DNA of 64,000 bases from Cesiribacter sp. Its GTDB lineage: Bacteria; Bacteroidota; Bacteroidia; Cytophagales; Cyclobacteriaceae. A program made the translations under genes and the position numbers. Location of the stretch: positions 17,578 to 81,577 of the forward strand of contig JASLAE010000007.1 of the NCBI GenBank assembly GCA_030147305.1. The letters are read 5' to 3'. Positions 1 through 9,866 of the stretch are shown here, piece after piece; position 1 is the stretch's first letter; every line of letters starts with the position of its first letter. The notes below the pieces were generated by a model, which saw only the letters and a list, made by a program, of their open reading frames with translations, was not told the origin of the DNA and did not search any database.

Positions 1-1
1 T

Positions 2-589
2 GAGGGCGGCCACGGTACCAACCAGCAGTGTGTTGTCAGCAAGCCCCAGCTCCTGCCGAAGTAATTGTTCAGGAGGGGCTGTTGCGGAAAAACGGTTCAG
101 GTCAATGCCATCATAAATTACCCGGAGCTTATGTTGCTCCCGCACCACCGGTGCTGTACTAGCCATTACAGCGCTGGAAATACAAATTATTTTTTTAAGC
201 TGACTGCTGTTGTAGCGCAAAATGTTCAGGCCCTTATTAGCAATCGGAAAAGCGACCCGACGGGTAAGAATATAGGGAATCCGTAGGCCCAGTAACTGAG
301 CCAGGTGCACGATGGCATGCCCCCGGCTGCTGTGCACATGAACCAGGTCTATCTTTTCTTTTTTACAGATCTGCTTAAGCTTCCAGGCAGTGCCAACGTC
401 CAGAGAATTTTTAATGCCTGCCGTTATAAAGGGAATATGCTGCTGTAGACAGTAGCTGGCAGTGGCACTGCCCGGACGACAAATAACCAGTACTGTGAGC
501 CCCTGACGTAGCTGCTCTTCCAGCAGGTAGGCGATCTGTTGTTCGCCGCCACGCCAGGATGTTTCACTGCTTAAATGGAGTATTTTCAT
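2..589 (-). CDS. Glycosyltransferase family 4 protein (5' part only; runs off the window edge)
   Basis: Read manually, not in the ORF track. ATG at 589 gives MKILHLSSETSWRGGEQQIAYLL...IDLVHVHSSRGH...VIYDGIDL, a typical GT4 N-terminal domain. No stop before position 1. Confidence 0.85.
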   Translation of the reverse strand, partial: MKILHLSSETSWRGGEQQIAYLLEEQLRQGLTVLVICRPGSATASYCLQQHIPFITAGIKNSLDVGTAWKLKQICKKEKIDLVHVHSSRGHAIVHLAQLLGLRIPYILTRRVAFPIANKGLNILRYNSSQLKKIICISSAVMASTAPVVREQHKLRVIYDGIDLNRFSATAPPEQLLRQELGLADNTLLVGTVAAL

Positions 590-946
590 GGAATGGGGTA
601 AAGGCTATACCTGGGGCTGACTCATTAATTTTGGATAAAATTATAAAATAATGCAATAAACCTTACCTCTGGCTTGCGGGGTCAATTATACCAAAAATCC
701 TATCAAACCGTTAAATGAAAGTGATTTAGTGCATAATATGTATAGATCATACAATCACTTCTGCCCGGGGTCTTATGAAAATAGCCCTTCTGCCATAACA
801 GAATTTTTGTAAGGTAGTTAATGTAAAAAGAAGCTGCGGGGCAGTACACGCAAAAATTTTTAATTGAGGCGAGTGCTACCCTGCGGCTGCTGTAGACCCT
901 GAGAAACCAAAAACATTTTAGAAGAAATTTTCTAAACAGCCCACCT

Positions 947-1672
947 ATGATTGAGAACGAAGACTGGGAGCCAACAGGACGGGAAGAATCGGACGAGGAT
1001 CGTTCTGATGAAAATCGCATAAAGAATGATTCCGGGGACGATGACTTTCAGGCAGATGATGATTCTGCTGGTGATGACCCGCAGGATGAAGCCTCTGAAG
1101 AGATCATTCCTATAGAGCGATACTCTGAAAAACAAAAAATGCGCATCTTCGATAGTGAGTTTTTACCACATATCGATGCCATGTATAACTTTGCCTTCCG
1201 GCTCACCTTTGATGAAGACGATGCCAAAGACCTGGTGCAGGAAACTTACCTGAAGGCTTTCCGTTTTATAAATTCATTTGAGGAAGGAACCAATGCAAAA
1301 GCATGGCTGTTCCGGATACTAAAAAACAGCTTCATAAATGACTACCGTAAAAAGAGCAAAGAACCTGCTAAGGTAGATTATAATGACGTTGAATCTTATT
1401 ATAATTCGGAAGATGCCCAGGTAGAGATGACCACCGATCTAAGGGTGGAGTCGTTGCGGGATATGATTGGTGATGAAGTCTCTAATGCACTGAATTCGCT
1501 GGCGGTAGACTTCCGGACCGTTATCATCCTCTGCGACCTGGAAGGGTTTACGTATGAGGAGATGGCAAAAATACTGGATATACCCATTGGTACGGTTCGT
1601 AGCCGGCTGCACCGTGCGCGCAACCTGCTTAAGGATAAATTAAAATCATATGCCCAGTCAATGGGCTATTAA
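947..1672 (+). CDS. ECF sigma-70 factor, SigR/SigH-like, with acidic N-terminal extension
   Basis: Region 2 (DAKDLVQETYLKAF...GTNAKAWLFRILKNSFIN) and region 4 (EGFTYEEMAKILDIPIGTVRSRLHRAR). Confidence 0.93.
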   Translation: MIENEDWEPTGREESDEDRSDENRIKNDSGDDDFQADDDSAGDDPQDEASEEIIPIERYSEKQKMRIFDSEFLPHIDAMYNFAFRLTFDEDDAKDLVQETYLKAFRFINSFEEGTNAKAWLFRILKNSFINDYRKKSKEPAKVDYNDVESYYNSEDAQVEMTTDLRVESLRDMIGDEVSNALNSLAVDFRTVIILCDLEGFTYEEMAKILDIPIGTVRSRLHRARNLLKDKLKSYAQSMGY

Positions 1673-1715
1673 TAGATTTATAATTTTTTGATCTTGGCTA
1701 AACTATACAGAGCAA

Positions 1716-1973
1716 ATGGAACAAACGGATAAACAAGGGTGCTGCTCAGATAACGATCGTTGTTTAGAGTTATTGCAGCTGGTGTTAGATGGTGAGGCTT
1801 CTGATGCAGAGAAAAACTACTACATGCACCACATCGAAGAGTGCATGCCCTGCTACCGTAACTACAATATTGAAACTGAAATCCGCAATATTTTACGCTC
1901 TAAGCTTGAAAAAAAGCCGGTACCTACTGATCTTGTGCTCTCCATACGTTCAAAAGTCAACGAAACGGTTTAA
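1716..1973 (+). CDS. Zinc-binding anti-sigma factor (ZAS/zf-HC2, RsrA-like)
   Basis: Cys...LDGE...HIEECMPC (HxxxCxxC) motif; lies directly downstream of the ECF sigma; no TM segment. Confidence 0.88.
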   Translation: MEQTDKQGCCSDNDRCLELLQLVLDGEASDAEKNYYMHHIEECMPCYRNYNIETEIRNILRSKLEKKPVPTDLVLSIRSKVNETV

Positions 1974-1990
1974 AAACTTTAGTTTTATTA

Positions 1991-2593
1991 ATGCATCAGG
2001 GGAAAGCCATTATCTTCTCGGCACCTTCGGGGTCGGGTAAAACCACCATTGTAAAACACCTCTTACAAACGAATCCAAAGCTGGGGTTTTCAATTTCGGC
2101 CTGCACCCGTGACAAAAGGGGGCGGAACGAACAAAATGGCAAAGATTACTACTTCCTTTCTCCTGAAGAATTTAAAGCAAAAATTGACGAACATGCCTTT
2201 GTAGAGTGGGAGGAAGTCTATCCGGGTAATTTCTACGGTACGCTTATCTCCGAAATTGAACGCATCTGGGCAGAAGGCCGCCATGTGATCTTCGATGTGG
2301 ATGTTAAAGGCGGCCTGCACTTAAAAGAATACTTTGGCGATAAAGCACTGGCCATTTTTGTAAAGGTTCCTTCACTGGAAGTGCTCACCCAGCGCTTACG
2401 GGATCGTAAAACCGAAACAGAAAATGCCCTTTCCCAGCGTCTGTTCAAGGCTCAGTTCGAGATGAAGTTCGAAGACCGCTTCGATATTACCCTGGTGAAC
2501 CAGGACCTGGAGACTTCCCTGCAGAAAGCGCAGGAACTGGTAGATGTTTTTCTTGAAAAGGATATACAAGCCGTTAAGTCTGTTATCCAATGA
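1991..2593 (+). CDS. gmk: Guanylate kinase
   Basis: P-loop [17 protein letters not shown] and GKDYYF motifs. Confidence 0.96.
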   Translation: MHQGKAIIFSAPSGSGKTTIVKHLLQTNPKLGFSISACTRDKRGRNEQNGKDYYFLSPEEFKAKIDEHAFVEWEEVYPGNFYGTLISEIERIWAEGRHVIFDVDVKGGLHLKEYFGDKALAIFVKVPSLEVLTQRLRDRKTETENALSQRLFKAQFEMKFEDRFDITLVNQDLETSLQKAQELVDVFLEKDIQAVKSVIQ

Positions 2594-3162
2594 AAATCGG
2601 GCTGTTTTTCGGCTCGTTCAATCCCATCCACATTGGCCATTTAATCATTGCCAATGCCATGGTAGAAGATACCGATCTGCAACGAGTCTGGTTTGTAGTA
2701 TCTCCCCACAATCCCTTCAAAAGCGCCAAGTCTCTCTTACACGAGTTTGACCGACTGGATATGGTTCGGCTGGCCATTGAAGATAACAGTAACTTCGAAG
2801 CTACAGATATAGAGTTTAAAATGCCCCGGCCCAGCTACACCATAGATACCCTGGCCTGGCTCAGTGATAAATACCCGCAGCACCAGTTTAAGCTTATAAT
2901 TGGAGAAGATAATCTGGCCGGCTTCCATAAATGGAAAAACAGTGCCGTTATTTTATCTGAATATGGCCTTTACGTATATCCAAGGCCAGGGGCAGCAGCC
3001 TCTGAGCTGCGCAGCCACACCAACGTGAAAATGGTAGAAGCTCCGCTGGTTGATATTTCTGCTACTTATATTCGCCGTCGGCTTCAGGAAAATAAAAATA
3101 TCCGCTACCTGGTGCCTGCAAAAGTAGAAGATCACATCAAGATCAGGCGATTTTACATCTGA
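2590..3162 (+). CDS. nadD: Nicotinate-nucleotide adenylyltransferase
   Basis: [10 protein letters not shown] (HIGH), SYTIDTL and ISATYIR motifs; ATGA overlap with gmk. Confidence 0.96.
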   Translation: MKIGLFFGSFNPIHIGHLIIANAMVEDTDLQRVWFVVSPHNPFKSAKSLLHEFDRLDMVRLAIEDNSNFEATDIEFKMPRPSYTIDTLAWLSDKYPQHQFKLIIGEDNLAGFHKWKNSAVILSEYGLYVYPRPGAAASELRSHTNVKMVEAPLVDISATYIRRRLQENKNIRYLVPAKVEDHIKIRRFYI

Positions 3163-3180
3163 GGTAGGTTGGATAGGCTA

Positions 3181-3228
3181 AAAACAAAACGCCCCGCTGC
3201 AGAAAGCTGGAGCGGAGCATTTTGTTTT
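3181..3228. terminator. Putative bidirectional intrinsic terminator between convergent nadD and frr
   Basis: Imperfect hairpin AAAACAAAA-CGCCCCGCT...AGCGGAGCA-TTTTGTTTT flanked by A/T tracts. Confidence 0.6.
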
Positions 3229-3243
3229 ATGGCTAGGCACAAT

Positions 3244-3807
3244 TTAAACGGTCATGATGTCTCTTTCTTTCCTTGAGAAGAGGTCATCGAGCTTTTCTGT
3301 GAACTGATTGGTCATTTGCTGCACCTGATCTTCTGAGCGTTTTACCAGGTCTTCGGAGGCACCTTCCTTCTGCATCTTGGTCAGGTCGTTATTCGCATCT
3401 TTGCGGATGTTACGGATGCTGATCTTTCCCTGCTCAATTTCTGCTTTTGCCTGTTTTACCAGCGACTGGCGTCGCTCTTCTGTCAGGGGTGGCAGGTTAA
3501 GCCTGATGATTTCCCCATCGTTTTGTGGAGACAGCCCTAAGTCGCTGTTGATGATGGCCCGCTCTATGGTAGCAAGCATCTTTTTTTCAAATGGACGAAT
3601 AACAATTGAACGGGCATCTGGTGTATTAACAGTAGCCACCTGGTTAACAGGCGTTGGGGTGCCATAATACTCAACCCGTACATCGTCCAGCATGGAGGGT
3701 TGAGCCTTGCCTGCCCGAATTTTAGTCAGCTCCTGGGTGGTATGCTCCACCGCTTTGCGCATGAGGTCCCGGGCTTCTTCCAGGCGCAACTGGATTTCTT
3801 CTTCCAT
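3244..3807 (-). CDS. frr: Ribosome recycling factor
   Basis: KIRAGKA, VEYYG, LPPLTEERR and IRNIRKDAN motifs. Confidence 0.97.
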   Translation of the reverse strand: MEEEIQLRLEEARDLMRKAVEHTTQELTKIRAGKAQPSMLDDVRVEYYGTPTPVNQVATVNTPDARSIVIRPFEKKMLATIERAIINSDLGLSPQNDGEIIRLNLPPLTEERRQSLVKQAKAEIEQGKISIRNIRKDANNDLTKMQKEGASEDLVKRSEDQVQQMTNQFTEKLDDLFSRKERDIMTV

Positions 3808-3844
3808 GGATTATTTTCTTTAAAAATTATGCGTAAAAAATGTT

Positions 3845-4558
3845 TTACCGGTTTGCCGTAATCAGCGTACCTACGTCTTCACCTACCACCAGGTTATATA
3901 AGTTGCCAGGCTTGTTCATATCAAAAACAATAATAGGAAGATTGTTTTCCTGACACAAAGTTATGGCCGTCATGTCCATAACACTTAGCCCTTTTTCAAA
4001 TACTTCCTGAAAAGAAATATTGCTGTAGCGCTGGGCGGTTGGATCTTTCTCCGGATCGGCAGTGTAAACGCCGTCTACCCTAGTGCCTTTCAGGACTACA
4101 TCTGCTTCTATTTCTATAGCCCGCAAAGAAGCGGTAGAATCTGTGGTGAAATAAGGATTGCCAATGCCTGCGCCAAAAATTACAACGCGTCCTTTTTCCA
4201 GGTGGCGTACGGCACGGCGCCGAATAAAGGGCTCGCACACCTGTTCAATTTTAAACCCCGACATCAGGCGGGTATAAATACCTTGTTTCTCCAGAATGCT
4301 TTGCAGCGCCATGGCATTGATCACTGTGGCCAGCATGCCCATATAGTCGCCCTGCACCCGGTCAATGCCTGTACGTTCGGCTTGTATGCCGCGGTAAATG
4401 TTGCCGCCACCGATCACAATCGCCAGCTCCACTCCCAGGTCTTTCACCCTTTTCACTTCTTGCGCGTATTGCTCCAGCCGGTGCGGGTCTATGCCGAACT
4501 GCTGATTGCCCATCAGGGCTTCGCCACTTAGTTTAAGTAATATGCGTTTATATTTCAT
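3845..4558 (-). CDS. pyrH: UMP kinase
   Basis: [21 protein letters not shown] and PYFTTDS motifs. Confidence 0.97.
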   Translation of the reverse strand: MKYKRILLKLSGEALMGNQQFGIDPHRLEQYAQEVKRVKDLGVELAIVIGGGNIYRGIQAERTGIDRVQGDYMGMLATVINAMALQSILEKQGIYTRLMSGFKIEQVCEPFIRRRAVRHLEKGRVVIFGAGIGNPYFTTDSTASLRAIEIEADVVLKGTRVDGVYTADPEKDPTAQRYSNISFQEVFEKGLSVMDMTAITLCQENNLPIIVFDMNKPGNLYNLVVGEDVGTLITANR

Positions 4559-4580
4559 GCTGATGGTGGTTATGCAGGCG

Positions 4581-4588
4581 CAAATATA
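4581..4588 (-). promoter_or_regulatory. Bacteroidota -7 promoter box upstream of pyrH
   Basis: TATATTTG on the minus strand matches TAnnTTTG, about 20 nt before the ATG. Confidence 0.55.
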
Positions 4589-4654
4589 GTATTCTGCCTG
4601 TGCGATTCCTATCCCTTTGGTCTATGCTTGTACTCATTTTAGCAGCGTACTTGC

Positions 4655-5152
4655 CTAGAACTGAATAAGCACCTGATTTTTCTCCACACTGTCGCCTTTT
4701 TTTACCACAATGGCCTGTACCTTACCGTCTCCGGGACTTTTCAGCACATTTTCCATCTTCATGGCTTCCAGGATCAGCAGCGGATCGCCTTTTTTAACTA
4801 CATCTCCGGCAGTTACTTTTATGTCAATGATCAGGCCGGGCATAGGCGCTTTTACCTGATTTAACTTCTGGCTCGCCAGGTCACTCATGCCCAGCTGGTC
4901 CAATAAGATATCGTAGCGGTCTTTTAGCTTAACAGAAAGCGTTTTTCCATTAATTTTGATCAGGTAAGTTTTTTCTTCGGGCAGGTACTCTACTAATTCT
5001 GCCTTGTGCGCGCGGCCATTCAGGATAATATGAAAACCACCGCCCGGTAAGGTTGCCAGGTCCCAGTTAAGGGCTTGGTCGTTTAACTGCAGCCCGTTTT
5101 CCGTTTGGCTTATCTGAAAAACATTTCCGTTATTTACAATCGCCTGATACAT
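4655..5152 (-). CDS. Biotin carboxyl carrier (biotinyl-domain) protein of an acyl-CoA carboxylase
   Basis: KAPMPG...LEAMKMEN biotinylation motif; ATG at 5152 preferred over the TTG at 5185. Confidence 0.9.
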   Translation of the reverse strand: MYQAIVNNGNVFQISQTENGLQLNDQALNWDLATLPGGGFHIILNGRAHKAELVEYLPEEKTYLIKINGKTLSVKLKDRYDILLDQLGMSDLASQKLNQVKAPMPGLIIDIKVTAGDVVKKGDPLLILEAMKMENVLKSPGDGKVQAIVVKKGDSVEKNQVLIQF

Positions 5153-5208
5153 TCGTATTGGGGTTCTCTGAAAAGTAGGGCTCAAGTTAGAAAAAATTTT
5201 TAACGTTT

Positions 5209-7767
5209 ATGCTGTATAGCACACCTAGCAAGTTTTTAACAGTAGCGATGTTGCTACTCTCTTTAGCTTCCTGTAAAACTACTCCACCGCCAGCACAAAG
5301 TCAGGCACCAGAACAAGTTGCAGCGCCTGTGGCGGCAGCGCCAGACACGGCCCTTGATGTAAGTAGCCTGGAAGCTGCCATAGATACTTATCGCAAGGCA
5401 GAGACAAAACTACACGACCTGGTACATACCAAGCTGCAATTATCTTTCGACTGGCAAAAACAACATGTAAAAGGCACGGCTACCCTGGAGCTGAAGCCCT
5501 GGTTTTATCCACAGAGCACTTTGGTGCTGGATGCCAAAGGCTTTGAATTACACAGTGTGCAGCTGCTGGAGGGCAGTGGATATAAGGATCTGAAACATAC
5601 CTATGATGGTGAGCAGATTACCATTACACTGGACCGTGAGTATGCTAAAAACGAATCTTTCTTTATTGAGATAGAATATACAGCAAAACCAAATGAAGCA
5701 CCCGTGGGCGGGAGCGATGCAATCACGGCTGACAAAGGTTTGTATTTCATCAATCCGCTGGGCGCAGAGCCTGATAAACCCCGCCAGATCTGGACCCAGG
5801 GCGAAACCGAAGCCAATTCCAAGTGGTTTCCCACCATTGATAAGCCCAATCAGAAAACCACACAGGAAATTTACCTGACCGTAGATAACCGCTACAAAAC
5901 CCTGTCGAACGGAATTTTGGTGCAGTCTTCTATTGTCAATGACAGTACGCGCACCGATTACTGGCGTATGGACAAGCCCCACGCGCCCTATCTTTTTATG
6001 ATTGCTGTGGGCGATTTTTCTGTGACTGAGGATGAATGGAATGGCATACCGGTAGAGTATTATGTAGAACCAGCCTATGAACGCTATGCAAAGGCAATCT
6101 TCGGGAATACCCCTGAAATGCTCACTTTCTTTTCCGAAAAGCTGGATTATCCTTACCCCTGGTCTAAGTATGCTCAAATTGTGGTGCGCGATTTCGTGTC
6201 AGGTGCGATGGAAAACACCACGGCTTCTGTATTTATGGAAGATCTGCAGGTAGATGATCGCTACTTGCTAGACGACAACTGGGATTATATCATAGCCCAC
6301 GAACTCTTTCACCAGTGGTTTGGTGATTTAGTGACAACAGAATCTTGGTCTAACCTTACCCTTAACGAAGCATTTGCCAACTACTCGGAGTACCTCTGGT
6401 CAGAATACAAATACGGGGCAGATGCGGCAGCAGAAACCCTGCTTAAAGAAAGTGACTCTTATTTTAGTGAGGCCGCCGAGAAGCAGGTAGACCTGATCCG
6501 TTTTTATTATGAGGATCGGGAACAGATGTTCGACAACCACACCTATGCCAAAGGCGGGCGAATCCTGCACATGTTAAGGGAGTATGTGGGCGATGAGGCC
6601 TTTTTTGCTTCGCTTAATCTATATCTGAAGCAGCACGAGTTCAAAACTGTTGAAGTACATGACCTGCGCCTTGCCTTTGAAGAAGTGACGGGCGAAGACC
6701 TGAACTGGTTCTTTAACCAGTGGTTTTTAGCCAGCGGGCACCCGGTCCTGGCGGTAAGCCACCGCTGGGAGGGAGGCAAAGTTATACTGGAAGTTGAACA
6801 GCAACAGGATTTGAGCACTACCCCTTTGTATGTACTGCCGCTATATGTAGATGTTTATGCCGGCGATCAGAAAGTGCGTTATGCCATACGCATAGATGAA
6901 CAGGAGCAGGAATTTTCCTTTCCGGCTGCTCAGCAACCGCAATTGGTCATCTTTGATGCGGAAGAGCAGCTGCTCGCAGAAATAAATCATCAGAAAACAG
7001 CAGAGGAGCTGCGCTACCAATATCAGGTAGCCGATCATTTCATCAGCCGTTACAAAGCGCTGGCCTCAATGGTGGAAGATGAAGCACCGCAAAGCAGGAG
7101 CATGCTGGTGACTGCGCTGTCAGATACCTCCAGCTTTATGCGCAGGCTTGCACTCTCCGGCTTCGAGGCCTATGCCGGCCAGGATAAACAGACAGTCATG
7201 GGGCAAATTGCGCAGATTGCAGCTGCAGATAAAAGCTCGCTGGTACGTGCCGATGCAATGTCGATCTTAGCTGGGATAGATGCCAGTGCACACCAGGAGT
7301 TATTCAGAAAAGGGCTGGAAGACCGGTCCTATGCCGTGGTAGCTGCCGCTGTTTATGGTTATAGCCAAAGCAATGCAACTGATAAAGACCGCTGGTTTTC
7401 AGAAGCGGAAAAACTAAACAGTGCCGATGTAAGTCTGGCGCTGGCAGATTATTATGTAACTGCTAACAAGCAGGATAAGTACAGCTGGTTTGAAGGTAAG
7501 CTTACCAGCCTGAAAGGAGGAGATCTGTATTACTTTATGAATTATTTTGGGCAGTACTTAATGCAGGCACCACAGCAGCAGGTGATAGAGGGCGCAAAGT
7601 TGCTGCAGAAATATGCAACCGAACACAATGCATATTATATAAGGCTGGCTGCATTTCAGGCGCTGGCCATTCAGCAGGCATTGCCGGAGAAAGACGCACT
7701 TCTTCGTACCATTGCTGAGCAGGAGAAGGATCCGCGCCTGGTAGAACAGTATAAAAACTTCTTTTAA
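5209..7767 (+). CDS. M1 family aminopeptidase lipoprotein with C-terminal HEAT-like repeats
   Basis: Lipobox LASC, GAMEN, and HELFH...NEAFA zinc motif. Confidence 0.92.
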   Translation: MLYSTPSKFLTVAMLLLSLASCKTTPPPAQSQAPEQVAAPVAAAPDTALDVSSLEAAIDTYRKAETKLHDLVHTKLQLSFDWQKQHVKGTATLELKPWFYPQSTLVLDAKGFELHSVQLLEGSGYKDLKHTYDGEQITITLDREYAKNESFFIEIEYTAKPNEAPVGGSDAITADKGLYFINPLGAEPDKPRQIWTQGETEANSKWFPTIDKPNQKTTQEIYLTVDNRYKTLSNGILVQSSIVNDSTRTDYWRMDKPHAPYLFMIAVGDFSVTEDEWNGIPVEYYVEPAYERYAKAIFGNTPEMLTFFSEKLDYPYPWSKYAQIVVRDFVSGAMENTTASVFMEDLQVDDRYLLDDNWDYIIAHELFHQWFGDLVTTESWSNLTLNEAFANYSEYLWSEYKYGADAAAETLLKESDSYFSEAAEKQVDLIRFYYEDREQMFDNHTYAKGGRILHMLREYVGDEAFFASLNLYLKQHEFKTVEVHDLRLAFEEVTGEDLNWFFNQWFLASGHPVLAVSHRWEGGKVILEVEQQQDLSTTPLYVLPLYVDVYAGDQKVRYAIRIDEQEQEFSFPAAQQPQLVIFDAEEQLLAEINHQKTAEELRYQYQVADHFISRYKALASMVEDEAPQSRSMLVTALSDTSSFMRRLALSGFEAYAGQDKQTVMGQIAQIAAADKSSLVRADAMSILAGIDASAHQELFRKGLEDRSYAVVAAAVYGYSQSNATDKDRWFSEAEKLNSADVSLALADYYVTANKQDKYSWFEGKLTSLKGGDLYYFMNYFGQYLMQAPQQQVIEGAKLLQKYATEHNAYYIRLAAFQALAIQQALPEKDALLRTIAEQEKDPRLVEQYKNFF

Positions 7768-7800
7768 GCAGTCTGTTCTTTGATTTTTTTTAGAGCAGAG

Positions 7801-7831
7801 TTTGATATAAATAAAAAAGCATATAATTTTG
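7801..7831 (+). promoter_or_regulatory. Bacteroidota sigma-A promoter of the tRNA-tuf operon
   Basis: TTTG (7801-7804), 19-nt spacer, TAATTTTG (7824-7831): full consensus. Confidence 0.75.
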
Positions 7832-7881
7832 CACACTCGAATTCAAACCAGGCATGCTCGCATGTAAGGTTTGAAGGAAGG

Positions 7882-7964
7882 GGGGAGATTCCAGAGCGGC
7901 CAAATGGGACGGACTGTAAATCCGTTGTCTTACGACTTCGCAGGTTCGAATCCTGCTCTCCCCA
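7882..7964 (+). tRNA. tRNA-Tyr(GTA)
   Basis: Acceptor GGGGAGA/TCTCCCC, anticodon loop CTGTAAA, long variable arm, GTTCGAATC T-loop; CCA not encoded. Confidence 0.96.
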
Positions 7965-8110
7965 CGAACTTTAAATTGTTAAAGTCGCTTAAGTAAAAGA
8001 GCTTAGGCAAATGTAGTGAGAGTGGGTTGGTAACCACCCCAGAAGTTTCAATCGAGAAGCGATTGAAATAAACTTGAAACACTGACTGGAACAAACAATT
8101 GTTAATAAAT

Positions 8111-8183
8111 GCGGGAGTAGCTCAGCTGGTAGAGCGACAGCCTTCCAAGCTGTAGGTCGCGGGTTCGAACCTCGTCTCCCGCT
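8111..8183 (+). tRNA. tRNA-Gly(TCC)
   Basis: Acceptor GCGGGAG/CTCCCGC, anticodon arm ACAGC-CTTCCAA-GCTGT, GGTTCGAAC. Confidence 0.96.
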
Positions 8184-8342
8184 CGCATTTTCAGGCTAAG
8201 CAGTAGCCTGAAATAGTTTTAAAGGTCGGGAGCAGATAAAATGGTAGAGTTACAGCCTTCCAAGCTGTAGGTCGCGGCCGGGTGGCCGGTGCCATTCGAA
8301 CCTCGTCTCCCGCTCGCATTTTCAGGCTAAGCAGTAGCCTGA
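8164..8342 (+). repeat. 48-bp exact direct repeat (8164-8211 = 8295-8342) covering the tRNA-Gly 3' end and a downstream hairpin
   Basis: TTCGAACCTCGTCTCCCGCTCGCATTTTCAGGCTAAGCAGTAGCCTGA occurs twice; 8137-8162 also equals 8252-8277. Confidence 0.95.
8226..8314 (+). pseudogene. Degenerate tRNA-Gly(TCC) copy with disrupted D-arm and a 16-nt net insertion in the T-arm
   Basis: Colinear with 8111-8183. Eight substitutions in the first 26 nt, identical anticodon arm, and CCGGGTGGCCGGTGCCA in place of a single G before TTCGAA. Confidence 0.8.
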
Positions 8343-8354
8343 TTTAAATTATTA

Positions 8355-8426
<72 letters not shown>

Positions 8427-8482
8427 CTGAAAAAATTTTTATTTCAACTATCATTCGTAACTAAACCGAGGGATTTTCAAGT

Positions 8483-9670
8483 ATGGCTAAGGAAACCTTT
8501 AACCGGTCGAAGCCCCACGTAAACATAGGCACTATTGGCCACGTGGACCACGGTAAAACCACCTTAACAGCTGCTATTACAAAAGTACTAGCCGAGAAGG
8601 GTCTTGCTAAAATGCGCGACTTTTCATCTATCGACAACGCTCCTGAAGAAAAAGAGCGTGGTATCACCATCAACACTTCGCACGTAGAGTACGAGACCGT
8701 TAAGCGCCACTACGCACACGTAGACTGCCCTGGTCACGCCGACTATGTGAAGAACATGATTACGGGTGCTGCTCAGATGGACGGTGCTATTCTTGTAGTA
8801 GCTGCAACAGACGGACCAATGCCACAGACACGTGAGCACATCCTGCTGTCTCGTCAGGTAGGTGTACCAGCACTGGTTGTTTTCATGAACAAAGTAGACC
8901 TTGTGGACGACGAAGAGCTCCTTGAGCTTGTAGAAATGGAGATCCGCGAGCTACTGAGCGATTATGACTTCCCAGGTGACGATATTCCTGTAATTCAAGG
9001 TTCAGCCCTTGGCGGCCTTAATGGCGATGCCAAGTGGGTTGCTAAGATCGAAGATCTGATGAACGCAGTTGATGAGTACATCCCAGAGCCAACTCGTCTG
9101 ACTGACCAGCCATTCCTGATGCCAATTGAGGACGTATTCTCTATCACTGGTCGTGGTACTGTTGCAACAGGCCGTATCGAGCGTGGTATTGTAAACTCTG
9201 GCGAGGGTGTAGAAATCCTTGGTATGGGTGCTGAGAAACTGACTTCAGTAGTAACCGGTGTTGAGATGTTCCGCAAGATTCTTGACCGTGGTGAAGCTGG
9301 TGACAACGTAGGTATCCTGCTGCGTGGTATTGACAAGGAGCAGATCCGTCGTGGTATGGTTATCTGTAAGCCTAAGTCTGTGAACCCGCACAAAAAGTTC
9401 AAGGCTGAGATCTACGTTCTTTCAAAAGAAGAAGGTGGCCGTCACACGCCGTTCTTTACCAAATACCGTCCACAGTTCTACTTCCGTACCACGGACGTAA
9501 CTGGCGAGATTCGTCTGCCAGAAGGTGTGGAAATGGTTATGCCAGGTGATAACGTTTCTATCGAGGTTGAACTGATCCAGCCAATTGCTATGGAAAAAGG
9601 TCTGCGCTTCGCGATTCGTGAAGGTGGCCGTACCGTAGGATCTGGTCAGGTAACTGAGATTCTTGCATAA
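8483..9670 (+). CDS. tuf: Elongation factor Tu
   Basis: [24 protein letters not shown] and NKVD motifs. Confidence 0.99.
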   Translation: MAKETFNRSKPHVNIGTIGHVDHGKTTLTAAITKVLAEKGLAKMRDFSSIDNAPEEKERGITINTSHVEYETVKRHYAHVDCPGHADYVKNMITGAAQMDGAILVVAATDGPMPQTREHILLSRQVGVPALVVFMNKVDLVDDEELLELVEMEIRELLSDYDFPGDDIPVIQGSALGGLNGDAKWVAKIEDLMNAVDEYIPEPTRLTDQPFLMPIEDVFSITGRGTVATGRIERGIVNSGEGVEILGMGAEKLTSVVTGVEMFRKILDRGEAGDNVGILLRGIDKEQIRRGMVICKPKSVNPHKKFKAEIYVLSKEEGGRHTPFFTKYRPQFYFRTTDVTGEIRLPEGVEMVMPGDNVSIEVELIQPIAMEKGLRFAIREGGRTVGSGQVTEILA

Positions 9671-9689
9671 TACATAGTTTGAAGATAAT

Positions 9690-9722
9690 AAAGCGTTTCT
9701 GATTATTTCAGGAACGCTTTTA
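9690..9722 (+). terminator. Intrinsic terminator after tuf
   Basis: AAAGCGTTTCTGA-loop-TCAGGAACGCTTT followed by a T-rich tract. Confidence 0.7.
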
Positions 9723-9777
9723 TTTGTCTTTATATCTCATTATCTTTGCACTCCCAAATAGGGAAATGTAAAGAAAC

Positions 9778-9850
9778 ACGGGTGTAGCTCAATTGGTAGA
9801 GTGGCGGTCTCCAAAACCGTAGGTTGTAGGTTCGAGACCTACCACCCGTG
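9778..9850 (+). tRNA. tRNA-Trp(CCA)
   Basis: Acceptor ACGGGTG/CACCCGT, anticodon loop CTCCAAA; lies between tuf and secE; TATCTTTG -7 box at 9741-9748. Confidence 0.95.
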
Positions 9851-9866
9851 CAAAAATCCAAAAGCG

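Noticed and set aside
2..589. GT4 gene divergent from the redox-type sigma as a possible BshA/MshA thiol-biosynthesis enzyme
   Set aside because: The N-terminus (SSETSWRGGEQQ) looks like a generic envelope GT4, not the BshA pattern, and no other thiol-pathway genes are visible.
590..946. Possible ECF autoregulatory promoter and short inverted repeats (AAGTGATT/AATCACTT, TTTAGAA/TTCTAAA)
   Set aside because: No clean GGAA(T/C)-N-GTT match, and short palindromes are expected by chance in AT-rich DNA.
7780..7974. 64-aa ORF-track entry
   Set aside because: It overlaps tRNA-Tyr and its promoter; spurious.
8164..8342. 48-bp direct repeat as a CRISPR array or as attL/attR of a resident element
   Set aside because: Only two copies, both tRNA-derived; no cas genes, integrase or cargo between them.
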